From an uncultured Aquiluna sp. (lineage in GTDB: Bacteria > Actinomycetota > Actinomycetes > Actinomycetales > Microbacteriaceae): a stretch of DNA of 64,000 bases. The notes under the pieces are model-generated. The model saw only the letters and a program-made list of their open reading frames with translations. It was not told the origin of the DNA and did not search any database. The first letter of the stretch is position 1. Every line of letters begins with the position of its first letter. This document shows, piece by piece, positions 44,456 through 54,564 of the stretch. Location: assembly GCA_965655555.1 (NCBI GenBank), contig CBFHGU010000002.1:232006-296005 (forward strand), in the 5' to 3' direction. The translations under genes and the position numbers were made by a program.

Positions 44456-45445
44456 TTAGATCTGATCTTCGTCGAATCCGCCACCGAAGTATGCAGAATC
44501 AAAACCTGGGACGGCGTCCTTGAACTTCAGGCCAAGCTCAGTGAGCTTGTCGCGAACTTCATCAACAGACTTGGAACCGAAGTTGCGGATGTTCATCAAC
44601 TGGTCTTCGCTCAGGGCAATTAGCTCTGAAACGGTGTTGATGCCCTCGCGCTTTAGGCAGTTGTAGGAACGAACCGTTAGGTCTAGGTCCTCAATTGGAG
44701 TGCTGAGCTCGTTGCTAGTTGCAACCTCAACCGGGGCTGGCCCGATCTCGATTCCCTCTGCCTCTTCGTTTAGCTCTTTGGCAAGGCCGAAGAGCTCAAC
44801 AAGGGTTGAACCAGCAGATGCAATTGCATCGCGAGGCTCAACCGAAGGCTTGGTCTCAACATCAACAACTAGCTTGTCGAAGTTTGTAAACTCACCGGCA
44901 CGAGTTGCCTCAACACGGTAAGAGACCTTCAAAACTGGGCTGTAGATGGAGTCAACTGGGATTACGCCAGCCTCTGCATCCGGGTTGCGGTTCTGAGAAG
45001 CCTGAACGTAGCCACGACCGCGCTCAATAATGAACTCGATCTCTAGCTTGCCCTTGGCGTTCAGGGTTGCAATTAGCAACTCTGGGTTGTGAACCTCAAC
45101 ACCTGCAGGAACCTGAATGTCTGCAGCGGTAACAGGACCGGCAGCGCTCTTGGTCAGATGTGCAACCACTGGAGCGTCGTGCTCAGATGAAACGACTAGG
45201 TTTTTGATGTTCAGGATTACCTCAACAACATCTTCCTTGACTCCATCAATGGTTGAGAATTCGTGGCTGACGCCCTGAATTCGAATGTTGGTTACTGCAG
45301 CACCTGGAATCGAGCTGAGCAGGGTGCGGCGCATCGAGTTTCCAAGGGTGTAGCCAAATCCAGGCTCCAATGGGTCCAAGATGAAACGTGATCGGTTTGG
45401 GCCGAGAACTTCTTCGTGCAATGTGGGGCGCTGTGCAATTAGCAC
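44456..45445 (-). CDS. rpoA: RNA polymerase alpha subunit
   Basis: [31 protein letters not shown]. Confidence 0.98.
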   Translation of the reverse strand: MLIAQRPTLHEEVLGPNRSRFILDPLEPGFGYTLGNSMRRTLLSSIPGAAVTNIRIQGVSHEFSTIDGVKEDVVEVILNIKNLVVSSEHDAPVVAHLTKSAAGPVTAADIQVPAGVEVHNPELLIATLNAKGKLEIEFIIERGRGYVQASQNRNPDAEAGVIPVDSIYSPVLKVSYRVEATRAGEFTNFDKLVVDVETKPSVEPRDAIASAGSTLVELFGLAKELNEEAEGIEIGPAPVEVATSNELSTPIEDLDLTVRSYNCLKREGINTVSELIALSEDQLMNIRNFGSKSVDEVRDKLTELGLKFKDAVPGFDSAYFGGGFDEDQI

Positions 45446-45540
45446 TATTTGGTTCCTTTCATCTGAACATCCGCTATTTGATGTTCGTCATGGAGACACG
45501 CAGGCGGGCACCTGCGTGCGTGAATCTTTAGTTTTAAGTG

Positions 45541-45945
45541 TTAGACGCGGCGACGCTTTGGAGGGCGGCAACCGTTGTGAGCCTGCGGGGTCACGTCGGA
45601 GATTGATCCGACCTCTAGACCAGCAGCTTGAAGTGAACGGATTGCAGTTTCGCGACCAGAGCCTGGGCCCTTGACGAAAACGTCTACCTTCTTGATGCCG
45701 TGCTCCTGAGCCTTGCGAGCAGCTGACTCAGCTGCTAGCTGTGCTGCGAACGGAGTTGACTTACGTGATCCCTTGAATCCAACATCACCTGATGATGACC
45801 AGGAGATAACCGCACCGGTTGGGTCGGTAATCGTGATGATGGTGTTGTTGAAGGTCGAGCGGATGTGCGCCTGACCTACTGGGATGTTCTTTTTGTCTTT
45901 ACGACGAGGCTTACGAGCTGTCGCGGATGATTTAGGGGCTGCCAT
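45541..45945 (-). CDS. rpsK: 30S ribosomal protein S11
   Basis: [35 protein letters not shown]. Confidence 0.98.
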   Translation of the reverse strand: MAAPKSSATARKPRRKDKKNIPVGQAHIRSTFNNTIITITDPTGAVISWSSSGDVGFKGSRKSTPFAAQLAAESAARKAQEHGIKKVDVFVKGPGSGRETAIRSLQAAGLEVGSISDVTPQAHNGCRPPKRRRV

Positions 45946-45976
45946 TTGATTTTCTCCTAGGACCTATGAGCCGCGA

Positions 45977-46354
45977 CTAGCGGGCTGCCTTCTTCTTGCC
46001 TGCTACGGTGCGCTTTGGACCCTTGCGTGTACGTGCATTGGTCTTGGTGCGCTGTCCGCGGACCGGAAGGCCCTTACGGTGACGAATTCCTTCGTATGAT
46101 CCGATCTCAACCTTGCGGCGGATGTCGGCTGCAACCTCACGACGGAGGTCACCCTCAACCTTTAGGTTCTGATCGATGTTGTCACGAAGTGCAATCAACT
46201 GGTCGTCAGTAAGGTCCTTGACTCTGATGTCTTCTGAAATCTTTGTGGCCTTCAGGATCTCGCGAGAGCGAGTGTTTCCGATGCCGTAGATATAAGTGAG
46301 GGAGATTACTACCCGCTTCTCGCGAGGAATATCCACTCCGGAAATACGTGCCAT
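45977..46354 (-). CDS. rpsM: 30S ribosomal protein S13
   Basis: True start MARISGVD at 46354. [18 protein letters not shown]. Confidence 0.98.
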   Translation of the reverse strand: MARISGVDIPREKRVVISLTYIYGIGNTRSREILKATKISEDIRVKDLTDDQLIALRDNIDQNLKVEGDLRREVAADIRRKVEIGSYEGIRHRKGLPVRGQRTKTNARTRKGPKRTVAGKKKAAR

Positions 46355-46372
46355 TTTATTTATCTTTCGTTT

Positions 46373-46461
46373 TTTGAAGGTCTTTGGCAGCTCCGCCCCA
46401 ACATGGCTTTGTTGAGCCTCGGCCTTCAAACCGAGGGTGAGCTTTTCAGCTTGGTGCTGCC
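46373..46461 (-). ncRNA. Structured cis-regulatory leader candidate upstream of rpsM (pseudoknot)
   Basis: Four helices plus an 8-bp loop-to-downstream pairing, all found by hand (see findings). Confidence 0.5.
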
Positions 46462-46516
46462 CTGTAACTTTTTTGTTGCGTCTTATTTAGTTGTGTTTTG
46501 GTTCCGGTAGGGCTAA

Positions 46517-46630
46517 TTAGCCCTGGCGCTGCTTGTGACGAGGGTTCTCGCAAATAACCATCACGTTGCCGTGACGACGAATGACCTTGCACTTATCGCA
46601 AATGGTCTTGACGCTTGGGTTTACCTTCAT
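46517..46630 (-). CDS. rpmJ: 50S ribosomal protein L36, zinc-ribbon form (not in the ORF track)
   Basis: Hand translation: [37 protein letters not shown]. Confidence 0.97.
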   Translation of the reverse strand: MKVNPSVKTICDKCKVIRRHGNVMVICENPRHKQRQG

Positions 46631-46642
46631 GCTCTTATCTTT

Positions 46643-46864
46643 CTACTTGTAGCGGTAAATAATTCGGCCGCGAGTCAGGTCGTAGGTCGACAGCTCAACA
46701 ATCACTCGGTCTCCGGGGAGAATTCGAATGTAGTGCTGTCGCATTTTTCCTGAGATGTGGGCTAGCACTAGGTGTCCGTTGGTTAGCTCTACCCGAAACA
46801 TTGCGTTGGGTAGCGCTTCAGCAACCGATCCCTCGATCTCAATTACGCCGTCTTTGTTGGCCAT
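46643..46864 (-). CDS. infA: Translation initiation factor IF-1
   Basis: [27 protein letters not shown]. Confidence 0.98.
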   Translation of the reverse strand: MANKDGVIEIEGSVAEALPNAMFRVELTNGHLVLAHISGKMRQHYIRILPGDRVIVELSTYDLTRGRIIYRYK

Positions 46865-46988
46865 GCACTCACTTATTCACTACTTGTTAGCGTTACAAAC
46901 ACGCGTGAAACCTAAGAAGTTATCAAAAGTTCTCGCGCAGAAACGCCAAGGGTCAATACTAGGGGGTTTTCTAACCTAATGCTAGTGG

Positions 46989-47813
46989 CTAATCCAAAGA
47001 AACTGGCACAATACCGAAAGGCTTTAGTCCCTCGAGGCCACCATCAACTGCGGTCAACACCCAAATGCCACTCTCATGCACGGCCACCGAGTGCTCCCAG
47101 TGTGCTCCATCAGACGAATCAACCGTTGCCACGCCCCAGTCGTCGTCTTGAACAAAGGTTTCTTGATCCCCGGTGGTGATCATTGGCTCGATTGCAACAC
47201 AGAGCCCTGGAAGCACCTTTGGACCCGCATCCCGAACCTTGTAGTTGAAAACTGGCGGGTCTTCGTGCATTGAACGACCAATGCCGTGCCCGACGTACTG
47301 CTCCAAGATGCCATAAGGACCCTTAGACAAAACGTGGCCCTGCACTGCAACACCGACCTCGTTTAGCTTCTTCGCACTTGCAAGAGCTGCGATTCCAGCC
47401 CAGAGAGAACCCTCGCAGACATCCGACAAAACCTGTCGCTGTTCTACCCATTCACCCTCGGCGCCAGGCACGATCATCGTAAAAGCACTGTCACCATTCC
47501 AGCCATCAATCTCAGCGCCGCAGTCAATAGAAACTATGTTTCCAGCCTCAAGGACTTGATTGGATGGAATTCCGTGGACAACAGTCGAATTCACCGATGC
47601 GCACACAGTGTGAAAATAGCCCGGGACCAGCTGAAAGTTCGGAATTCCGCCACCGTCTCGAATTGTCTTCTCTGCGATTTGATCAAGCTCAAGAGTTGTG
47701 ACACCCGGTTTAATTGCTGCCTTAACTGCAGCCAAAGCTTTTGCTGTAAGCAAGCCAGCCTTGCGCATCTTCAGAATTTGGTCAGGATTTTTTAGTTCGA
47801 AGCTTTTGCGCAT
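46989..47813 (-). CDS. map: Methionine aminopeptidase type I
   Basis: VVHGIP, IDCG, GDSA, GHGIG, IEPM, HWEH. Confidence 0.95.
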   Translation of the reverse strand: MRKSFELKNPDQILKMRKAGLLTAKALAAVKAAIKPGVTTLELDQIAEKTIRDGGGIPNFQLVPGYFHTVCASVNSTVVHGIPSNQVLEAGNIVSIDCGAEIDGWNGDSAFTMIVPGAEGEWVEQRQVLSDVCEGSLWAGIAALASAKKLNEVGVAVQGHVLSKGPYGILEQYVGHGIGRSMHEDPPVFNYKVRDAGPKVLPGLCVAIEPMITTGDQETFVQDDDWGVATVDSSDGAHWEHSVAVHESGIWVLTAVDGGLEGLKPFGIVPVSLD

Positions 47814-47834
47814 ATGAAACAGTCTAAAAATCTC

Positions 47835-48419
47835 TTAGGAATTGCCCAGGCCACGTGCAGCTAGGACTTCGGTGATTCTGGCCGTAACCGTTTCAACCTC
47901 ACCTAGGCCATCCACCATTGCAACCAAAGACCTGGATGCGTAAACGTCAATTAGTGGTGCAGTTTGATCTTCGTAGACTGCCTGGCGGGTTCGGATGACC
48001 TCCGGGGTGTCATCAGCCCTGCCCTGTTCGAGTGCACGGTTTGCAAGCCTAGAAACAAGCTCTTCAGTGTCAGCGGTCAGCTGAACGACGATATCTAACT
48101 TGGTTCCGTTTTCCTGCAAGATATCATCAAGCTCGTGAACCTGGTCGATGGTTCTGGGGTAGCCATCAAGTAAGAAGCCACTTTGGCAGTCTGGCTTTGA
48201 TAGGCGGTCTCGAACCAGCGCATTGGTTAGGGCATCTGGAACATATTCACCGCGGTCCATGTAACCCTTAGCTTCAACACCGAGCTCAGTTTTCCCAGCA
48301 ACATTCTCACGGAAGATGTCTCCCGTTGAGATTGCAGGAATGCCGTAACGGGTTGCAAGAAGTGCTGCCTGAGTTCCCTTGCCAGCACCCGGAGGGCCGA
48401 TCAGAAGGAGACGAATCAC
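47835..48419 (-). CDS. adk: Adenylate kinase
   Basis: GPPGAGKGTQ, ISTGDIFR, LDGYPR, GRADD. Confidence 0.97.
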   Translation of the reverse strand: MIRLLLIGPPGAGKGTQAALLATRYGIPAISTGDIFRENVAGKTELGVEAKGYMDRGEYVPDALTNALVRDRLSKPDCQSGFLLDGYPRTIDQVHELDDILQENGTKLDIVVQLTADTEELVSRLANRALEQGRADDTPEVIRTRQAVYEDQTAPLIDVYASRSLVAMVDGLGEVETVTARITEVLAARGLGNS

Positions 48420-49732
48420 TTGAGTAGGCCCTCGTAGTTTCGCTGCTGCATCTGAGCGCTGATCTGCTTCACAGTGTCAAGACCGACACCAACGATAATC
48501 AGGATAGATGTTCCACCGAATGGGAAGTTCTGGTTGGTTCCGATAGCTGTGAATGCAACCAGCGGAATCAGAGCAATCAAACCAAGGTAGATCGCTCCCG
48601 GGAAAGTGATTCGGCTGATTACATACTGCAAGTACTCTGTGGTCGGACGACCGGCACGAATACCAGGAATGAATCCGCCGTAGCGCTTCATGTTGTCACT
48701 GATCTCTTCAGGGTTCAGAGTAATTGAGACATAGAAGTAGGTAAAGCCAACGATCAACAGGAAGTACATCGCCATGTAGAACGGGTTATCGCCTGCGGTT
48801 AGGTAGGTCGAAATAAATGTGACCCAAGGTGCCACCTGACCGGTTGTAGCATCCGGCTGGTTGAACTGTGCCAGAAGTGCTGGCAAGTAAAGCATTGAAG
48901 AGGCGAAGATAACCGGGATAACACCTGCGGTGTTCACCTTGACCGGAATGTAGGTTGCCTGCCCACCGTAAGCCTTGCGGCCAACCATGCGCTTGGCATA
49001 CTGAACTGGAATTCTGCGTTGAGACTGCTCAACCAAAACAACCAGTGCTACGACCACAAATCCAACTGCCATGACCATCACGAAGATCTCAATGGTCCTG
49101 GTCTGCAAAATCTGCAACAGGCTTGCTGGGAACGTTGATGCAATCGAAGTAAAGATCAAAAGCGACATTCCATTACCGACGCCGCGCTCGGTGATTAGCT
49201 CACCAATCCACATGATCAAACCGGTTCCTGCGGTCATGGTCATCACCATCAAAGAAATCGACAGCGGTCCAGTGTCAACCAAGATCGGCAAAGTACAGTC
49301 AGCTCCAAACAGGGCGCCTTGCCTTGCAACAGTAACCAATGTGGTTGCCTGCAACAGACCAAGCGCGATTGTTAGGTAACGGGTGTACTGAGTGAGCTTC
49401 GCCTGACCTGCAGGGCCCTCCTTGTGAAGGGTTTCGAAGCGTGGAATAACAACTCGAAGCAACTGAGTGATGATCGAGGCCGTGATATACGGCATGATTC
49501 CCAGTGCAAAGATGGAAAGTTGTAGCAGCGCTCCACCGGAGAATAGGTTCACAAGTTCATAAAGACCAGAGGTTGACTGGCTTTGCGCTAGACACTGCTG
49601 AACATTTGTGTAATCAACGTTCGGGGCAGGGATAAACGAGCCCAAACGGAAGATTGCAATCATGCTGAGCGTGAACGCTAGCTTGTTGCGCAGATCCGGG
49701 GTGCGGAATGCGCGAGCTATAGCCTTGAACAT
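48416..49732 (-). CDS. secY: Preprotein translocase SecY
   Basis: SIFALGIMPYITASI, GNGMSL, GGTSILI. Confidence 0.98.
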   Translation of the reverse strand: MFKAIARAFRTPDLRNKLAFTLSMIAIFRLGSFIPAPNVDYTNVQQCLAQSQSTSGLYELVNLFSGGALLQLSIFALGIMPYITASIITQLLRVVIPRFETLHKEGPAGQAKLTQYTRYLTIALGLLQATTLVTVARQGALFGADCTLPILVDTGPLSISLMVMTMTAGTGLIMWIGELITERGVGNGMSLLIFTSIASTFPASLLQILQTRTIEIFVMVMAVGFVVVALVVLVEQSQRRIPVQYAKRMVGRKAYGGQATYIPVKVNTAGVIPVIFASSMLYLPALLAQFNQPDATTGQVAPWVTFISTYLTAGDNPFYMAMYFLLIVGFTYFYVSITLNPEEISDNMKRYGGFIPGIRAGRPTTEYLQYVISRITFPGAIYLGLIALIPLVAFTAIGTNQNFPFGGTSILIIVGVGLDTVKQISAQMQQRNYEGLLK

Positions 49733-49755
49733 TTGGAACCTACTCCCTCAGCTGA

Positions 49756-50559
49756 TTAGGCGTTTATGCTACCGCCAGCAGCTTCAATCTTGGTCTTGGC
49801 CGACTCGGATACCTTGTCAACACTAACTTCAAGCTTAACTGACAGCTCACCATTGCCTAGAACCTTGACAGGCTGGTTCTTACGAACAGCACCCTTGGCA
49901 ACTAGGTCAGAAATTGTTACAGCGCCACCCTTTGGATAAAGCTCAGACAGCTTGTCTAGGTTTACCACCTGGTACTCAACGCGGAACGGGTTCTTGAAAC
50001 CACGAAGCTTCGGTGTGCGCATAACTAGGTTCACGCCACCACCTTCGAAGCCAAGACGAGTAGTTGTGCGAGCACCGGTACCCTTGGTACCTCTACCTGC
50101 AGTCTTACCCTTTGAACCTTCACCGAGACCCTTACGAGTCTTGTCCTTCTTTGCACCCTTTGCAGGGCGAAGGTGGTGCAGGCGCAAGATCTGTGACTTC
50201 TCTCTTGCAACAGCTGGCTTCTTCTTCGCTGGAGCCTTTGCCGGAGCCTTCTCAGCTGCAGCAGCCTTTTCAGCAGCTGGCTTAGCTGCTGCAGGTGCCT
50301 TTGCTGCTGGAGCTTTCGCTGCTGCTGGTTTAGCTGCTGCTTTCGCGGCAGGGGCCTTTGCTGGTGCCTTGGCCGCAGGTGCTTTAGCTGGTGCCTTAGC
50401 AGCAGGAGCCTTGGCCGGTGCCTTGGCCGCAGGCGCTTTGGCCGGTGCCTTTGCTGCAGCAGGCTTTGCCGCTGCAGGCTTCTTGGCAGCTGGGGCTTTC
50501 GCCGCGGCAGGTTTTGCAGCAGCTGGCTTCTTTGCGGCTGGCTTCTTTTCTTCAGCCAT
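49756..50559 (-). CDS. rplO: 50S ribosomal protein L15 with long Ala/Lys/Pro N-terminal extension
   Basis: Core HHLRP, GKTAGRG, GFEGG, KVLGNG, IEAAGG. Position between rpmD and secY. Confidence 0.95.
   Translation of the reverse strand: MAEEKKPAAKKPAAAKPAAAKAPAAKKPAAAKPAAAKAPAKAPAAKAPAKAPAAKAPAKAPAAKAPAKAPAAKAAAKPAAAKAPAAKAPAAAKPAAEKAAAAEKAPAKAPAKKKPAVAREKSQILRLHHLRPAKGAKKDKTRKGLGEGSKGKTAGRGTKGTGARTTTRLGFEGGGVNLVMRTPKLRGFKNPFRVEYQVVNLDKLSELYPKGGAVTISDLVAKGAVRKNQPVKVLGNGELSVKLEVSVDKVSESAKTKIEAAGGSINA
50351..50458. repeat. Four tandem 27-nt units encoding the 9-aa repeat AAKAPAKAP, within a wider low-complexity tract (50212-50559)
   Basis: Units at 50351, 50378, 50405 and 50432 differ only at synonymous positions. 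Confidence 0.9.
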
Positions 50560-50744
50560 TAGTCGATCTCCTCAACTTTTACGAGGTGGGCAACAGTGTT
50601 TACGAGGCCGCGAACAGACAGTGTGTCTTCGCGAACAACGATGTCACCGATGCGCTTCAGGCCCAGGGTGCGAAGTGAATCGCGCTGGTTCTGCTTGCCA
50701 CCATTTGAACTTTTTAATTGGGTCACTTTTAGACGAGCAGCCAT
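50559..50744 (-). CDS. rpmD: 50S ribosomal protein L30
   Basis: [27 protein letters not shown]. Confidence 0.97.
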   Translation of the reverse strand: MAARLKVTQLKSSNGGKQNQRDSLRTLGLKRIGDIVVREDTLSVRGLVNTVAHLVKVEEID

Positions 50745-51439
50745 TAGGCACCTGCCTTCTCAGTCTTTGCTTCCAACAGACGCTTTGGAGCTACCTCGGC
50801 AATGGTCTTGCCTCGACGATGTGCAACTGCTGCTGGCTCTTCGAGCTGCTGCAGTGCTGCGACTGCTGCATGGACAATGTTTAGAGTGTTTGAGGAACCG
50901 AGTGACTTTGAAAGCACATCGTGAACTCCTGCACACTCGAGTACGGCACGAACTGGACCACCGGCGATAACACCGGTACCAGCAGAAGCCGGACGAAGTA
51001 GCACAACACCGGCAGCCGCTTCACCCTGTACCGGGTGAGGAATGGTTGAACCAGCACGAGGAACATTGAAGAAGTTCTTCTTTGCATCCTCAACGCCCTT
51101 GGCGATTGCCGCTGGAACTTCCTTTGCCTTGCCGTAGCCAACGCCAACGGTGCCTTCGCCGTCTCCAACAACAACAAGTGCTGTGAAGGCGAAACGACGA
51201 CCACCCTTTACCACCTTGGAAACGCGGTTGATTGTTACCACGCGCTCCAGGAACTGGCTCTTGGTTTCTTCACGGTCACGACGCTCTTTACTTGGGCCAC
51301 GCTCACGTGATCCACGACGCTGTTCACGCTCGTTTGGATCAACAGTGGTCGATGGTGCCTCGGTAACTGCTGCTGCAGCTGGGGCCTCGGTAGTTTCGGT
51401 AGCTTCAGCCACTGGTACTTCCTTCTTTTCTTCGCTCAA
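50744..51439 (-). CDS. rpsE: 30S ribosomal protein S5
   Basis: [21 protein letters not shown]. Confidence 0.98.
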   Translation of the reverse strand: MSEEKKEVPVAEATETTEAPAAAAVTEAPSTTVDPNEREQRRGSRERGPSKERRDREETKSQFLERVVTINRVSKVVKGGRRFAFTALVVVGDGEGTVGVGYGKAKEVPAAIAKGVEDAKKNFFNVPRAGSTIPHPVQGEAAAGVVLLRPASAGTGVIAGGPVRAVLECAGVHDVLSKSLGSSNTLNIVHAAVAALQQLEEPAAVAHRRGKTIAEVAPKRLLEAKTEKAGA

Positions 51440-51807
51440 AGCACTAGTCCTTCCTCGCGAGCCGCAGCAGCAATAGCTGCAACGCGACCTGCATAGCGGT
51501 TACCGCCGCGGTCAAAGACCACCTCAGTAATCCCGGCCTTCTTAGCGCGCTCAGCGATTAGCTTGCCCACTGCAGTTGCCTTATCGGTCTTGGTGTCGGT
51601 TGACTTGCGCATGTCGGCTTCCATGGTTGACGCTGATGCCAGTGTCTTACCAACGGTGTCGTCGACCAGCTGCACGAATACGTGACGAGCTGAGCGGTTT
51701 ACAACCAAACGAGGGCGAGTTGCGGTGCCCTCAATCTTCTTACGCAGGCGATCGTGGCGACGGCCACGAGCAGCTGACTTTGACTTGCCTCTAGTTCCAA
51801 GAGCCAT
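51436..51807 (-). CDS. rplR: 50S ribosomal protein L18
   Basis: [21 protein letters not shown]. Confidence 0.97.
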   Translation of the reverse strand: MALGTRGKSKSAARGRRHDRLRKKIEGTATRPRLVVNRSARHVFVQLVDDTVGKTLASASTMEADMRKSTDTKTDKATAVGKLIAERAKKAGITEVVFDRGGNRYAGRVAAIAAAAREEGLVL

Positions 51808-51809
51808 GA

Positions 51810-52346
51810 TTACTTACCAGCCTTTCCAGCCTTGCGACGGACTCGCTCGCCTTCGTAGCGAACACCCTTGCCCTTATAAGGCTCTGGCTTACGAAGCTTG
51901 CGAATGTTGGCTGCCAACTCTCCGACAGCCTGCTTGTCAATGCCTGAAACAATGATCTTGGTGTTTCCCTCAACCGCAAGGCTCACGCCCTCCGGAGGAG
52001 TAACGATGACCGGGTGGCTGAAGCCAAGGGAGAGCTCAATGCCCGAGCCCTTTGCTGCTGCACGGTAACCGGTACCGACGATTTCAAGGTTCTTAGTGAA
52101 GCCCTGTGAAACGCCGTGAACGTTGTTTGCAATTAGTGTGCGAGTTAGACCATGAAGCGACTTCGACACTGCCTCTTCATCTGGACGAGCAACGATGACG
52201 CTGCCGTCTTCCAATGTGGCAGTGATCGGCTTTGAAATGGTGAGCTTCAGCTCACCCTTTGGTCCCTTGACTGAAACGTCCTGGCCGTTGATGTCAACGG
52301 TCACGCCTGCAGGTACCGGGATAGGTAGTTTTCCAATTCTCGACAT
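51810..52346 (-). CDS. rplF: 50S ribosomal protein L6
   Basis: [23 protein letters not shown]. Confidence 0.98.
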   Translation of the reverse strand: MSRIGKLPIPVPAGVTVDINGQDVSVKGPKGELKLTISKPITATLEDGSVIVARPDEEAVSKSLHGLTRTLIANNVHGVSQGFTKNLEIVGTGYRAAAKGSGIELSLGFSHPVIVTPPEGVSLAVEGNTKIIVSGIDKQAVGELAANIRKLRKPEPYKGKGVRYEGERVRRKAGKAGK

Positions 52347-52352
52347 AGGTGC

Positions 52353-52751
52353 TTACCAGATGTAGGCGAGGACTTCCCCACCTACTCCCTTCTTTGAAGC
52401 CTGGCGGTCTGTTAGCAGCCCGCTAGAGGTGGACATGATTGCAATACCCAAGCCGCCAAGTACCTGAGGTAGCTCGGTTGACTTTGCGTAAACACGAAGT
52501 CCAGGCTTCGAAACACGCTTGATTCCAGCAATGCTGGTCTCGCCGTTCGGGCCGTACTTCAGGGTGATGCTCATGGTTTTTCCAACCTTGGCATCCTCAA
52601 CCTTGTAGGAGGCAATGTAACCCTCTGACTTCAAGATCTCAGCGATGGTTCCTTTTAGCTTTGAAAAAGGAACGTTCATTGAATCGTGTTGTGCAGTGTT
52701 GGCATTGCGCAGCCGGGTCAGAAAGTCTGCTACCGGATCTGTCATTGTCAT
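52353..52751 (-). CDS. rpsH: 30S ribosomal protein S8
   Basis: [30 protein letters not shown]. Confidence 0.98.
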   Translation of the reverse strand: MTMTDPVADFLTRLRNANTAQHDSMNVPFSKLKGTIAEILKSEGYIASYKVEDAKVGKTMSITLKYGPNGETSIAGIKRVSKPGLRVYAKSTELPQVLGGLGIAIMSTSSGLLTDRQASKKGVGGEVLAYIW

Positions 52752-52816
52752 TTTGTGTCTTCTTTCTCGGGGCGGTTTCCAGACGCTTTACAGGCGAAAG
52801 GACCTACCTCAATTGG

Positions 52817-53392
52817 TTATGCCTGGAACGGGAAACCGAGTGCCTTTAGCAGCGCTCGACCTTCGTCATCGTTTTTTGCTGTGGTTACAACTGTGATATC
52901 CATACCGCGGACGTGATCAATCTTGTCCTGGTCGATCTCGTGGAACATTGACTGCTCTGAGAGACCGAAGGTGTAGTTGCCGTGGCCGTCGAACTGCTTT
53001 GGTGAAAGCCCACGGAAGTCACGAATACGAGGTAGTGAAATTGAAAGCAAGCGGTCTAGGAACTCCCACATGCGATCTCCACGGATGGTTACGTGAGCAC
53101 CAATTGGCTGGCCCTCACGAAGCTTGAACTGAGCAATTGACTTCTTTGCAATGTTGACCTGAGGCTTCTGGCCGGTAATTGCAGTTAGGTCGCGAATTGC
53201 ACCCTCGATGAGCTTGCCATCGCGAGCCGCGTCACCAACACCCATGTTTACAACGATCTTGGTTAGACCAGGAACCTGCATTGGGTTTTTGAATGAGAAC
53301 TCTTTGGTTAGCTCTGGGGTGATCTCTTTTACGTAGCGAGCCTTTAGGCGTGGTGCGACCTTTGCGTCTGCCTTTTTAGTTGCGGTTGCCAT
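52817..53392 (-). CDS. rplE: 50S ribosomal protein L5
   Basis: [27 protein letters not shown]. Confidence 0.98.
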   Translation of the reverse strand: MATATKKADAKVAPRLKARYVKEITPELTKEFSFKNPMQVPGLTKIVVNMGVGDAARDGKLIEGAIRDLTAITGQKPQVNIAKKSIAQFKLREGQPIGAHVTIRGDRMWEFLDRLLSISLPRIRDFRGLSPKQFDGHGNYTFGLSEQSMFHEIDQDKIDHVRGMDITVVTTAKNDDEGRALLKALGFPFQA

Positions 53393-53742
53393 TAGATCTC
53401 CTTCCCACTCTTCTTGGCTACGCGGACCTTCTTGGTCTCGCCCTCTTTTGAGGTAGTGACCTTGAAGCCAACCTTGGAAGGCTTCTTGGTGCTTGGGTCA
53501 ACTAGTGCAACGTTTGAAATGTGGATTGGAGCTTCCTGCTTCTCAATACCACCGGTCTTGGCACCTCGGTCGGACTGGCCGACGCGGTTGTGCTTGGTCA
53601 CTAGGTTTACGCCCTCAACGATGACCTTGTTGGTCTCAGTTAGAACTGCTAGCACGTGGCCCTGCTTGCCACGGTAACCACCGCGGTCCTGCTTGCCACC
53701 TGTGATGACCTCAACGAGGTCGCCTTTTCTGATCTTCGCCAT
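53392..53742 (-). CDS. rplX: 50S ribosomal protein L24
   Basis: [24 protein letters not shown]. Confidence 0.97.
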   Translation of the reverse strand: MAKIRKGDLVEVITGGKQDRGGYRGKQGHVLAVLTETNKVIVEGVNLVTKHNRVGQSDRGAKTGGIEKQEAPIHISNVALVDPSTKKPSKVGFKVTTSKEGETKKVRVAKKSGKEI

Positions 53743-53744
53743 GA

Positions 53745-54113
53745 CTAAATAACCTCCGGTGCTAGCGAGATGATCTTCATGAATTTCTTTTCACGAAGCT
53801 CACGACCGATTGGTCCAAAAATACGTGTCCCACGTGGCTCGCCGTCTGCCTTGATGATGACGGCTGCGTTCTCGTCGAACTTGATGTAAGAGCCATCTGC
53901 GCGACGAGTCTCTTTGACTGTGCGAACGATAACTGCTCTTACTACTTCACCTTTTTTGACGTTGGCACCAGGAATGGCGTCCTTGACAGAAGCGACAATG
54001 GTGTCGCCAATGCCCGCGTAGCGACGGGTTGAACCGCCCAGCACGCGAATCGTCAAGAGTTCTTTGGCGCCCGAGTTATCGGCCACCTTGACTCTAGATT
54101 CTTGTTGTAGCAC
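53745..54113 (-). CDS. rplN: 50S ribosomal protein L14
   Basis: [22 protein letters not shown]. Confidence 0.98.
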   Translation of the reverse strand: MLQQESRVKVADNSGAKELLTIRVLGGSTRRYAGIGDTIVASVKDAIPGANVKKGEVVRAVIVRTVKETRRADGSYIKFDENAAVIIKADGEPRGTRIFGPIGRELREKKFMKIISLAPEVI

Positions 54114-54172
54114 TTTTTTTCTCCTTGCTTAATGAATAACGATTCCGACCGTTATCCGCGGGGTTGTGTTAC

Positions 54173-54562
54173 TTACTTGGCCTTCTCGAGAATCTCGACT
54201 AGGCGCCAGTTCTTGGTTGCTGCAATTGGACGAGTCTCGTTGATAACAACTAGATCTCCAATGCCTGCGCTATTGGTTTCGTCGTGGGCCTTGACCTTCT
54301 TCGAAACTCGAAGCACCTTGCCGTAAAGCGGGTGCTTCTTGCGGTCTTCAAGCAATACAACGATTGTCTTGTCCATCTTGTCTGAGACTACGTATCCCTG
54401 ACGTGACTTGCGGTAACCGCGGTCAACTTCCTTGATTGCCTTAGGAGCCCTTGCAACCTTTGGCTTTGAAGCCTTAGGAGCTGCCTTCGCTGCTGGATTT
54501 GCCGCCGCTTTGGTGGCTGGCTTAGCTGCAGCCTTAGCTGCTGGCTTTTTTTCCTCTGCCAT
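54173..54562 (-). CDS. rpsQ: 30S ribosomal protein S17 with Ala/Lys/Pro N-terminal extension
   Basis: [23 protein letters not shown]. Confidence 0.96.
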   Translation of the reverse strand: MAEEKKPAAKAAAKPATKAAANPAAKAAPKASKPKVARAPKAIKEVDRGYRKSRQGYVVSDKMDKTIVVLLEDRKKHPLYGKVLRVSKKVKAHDETNSAGIGDLVVINETRPIAATKNWRLVEILEKAK

Positions 54563-54564
54563 TT

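Noticed and set aside
46355-46429. 25-aa N-terminal extension of S13 in the ORF track
   Set aside because: S13 begins at MARISG (46354). The upstream sequence is better explained as structured leader RNA.
46509-46524. Perfect 16-bp palindrome AGGGCTAATTAGCCCT across the rpmJ stop
   Set aside because: It is a single occurrence, half of it is coding, and it has no loop or U-tract, so I cannot support a function.
50351-50458. Tandem 27-nt repeats as a possible CRISPR array or VNTR
   Set aside because: There are no spacers and no cas genes. The units are in-frame coding and vary only synonymously.
49952-50884. 310-aa plus-strand ORF
   Set aside because: It is the antisense shadow of rplO/rpmD/rpsE, kept open by the low-complexity repeat, and has no independent motifs.
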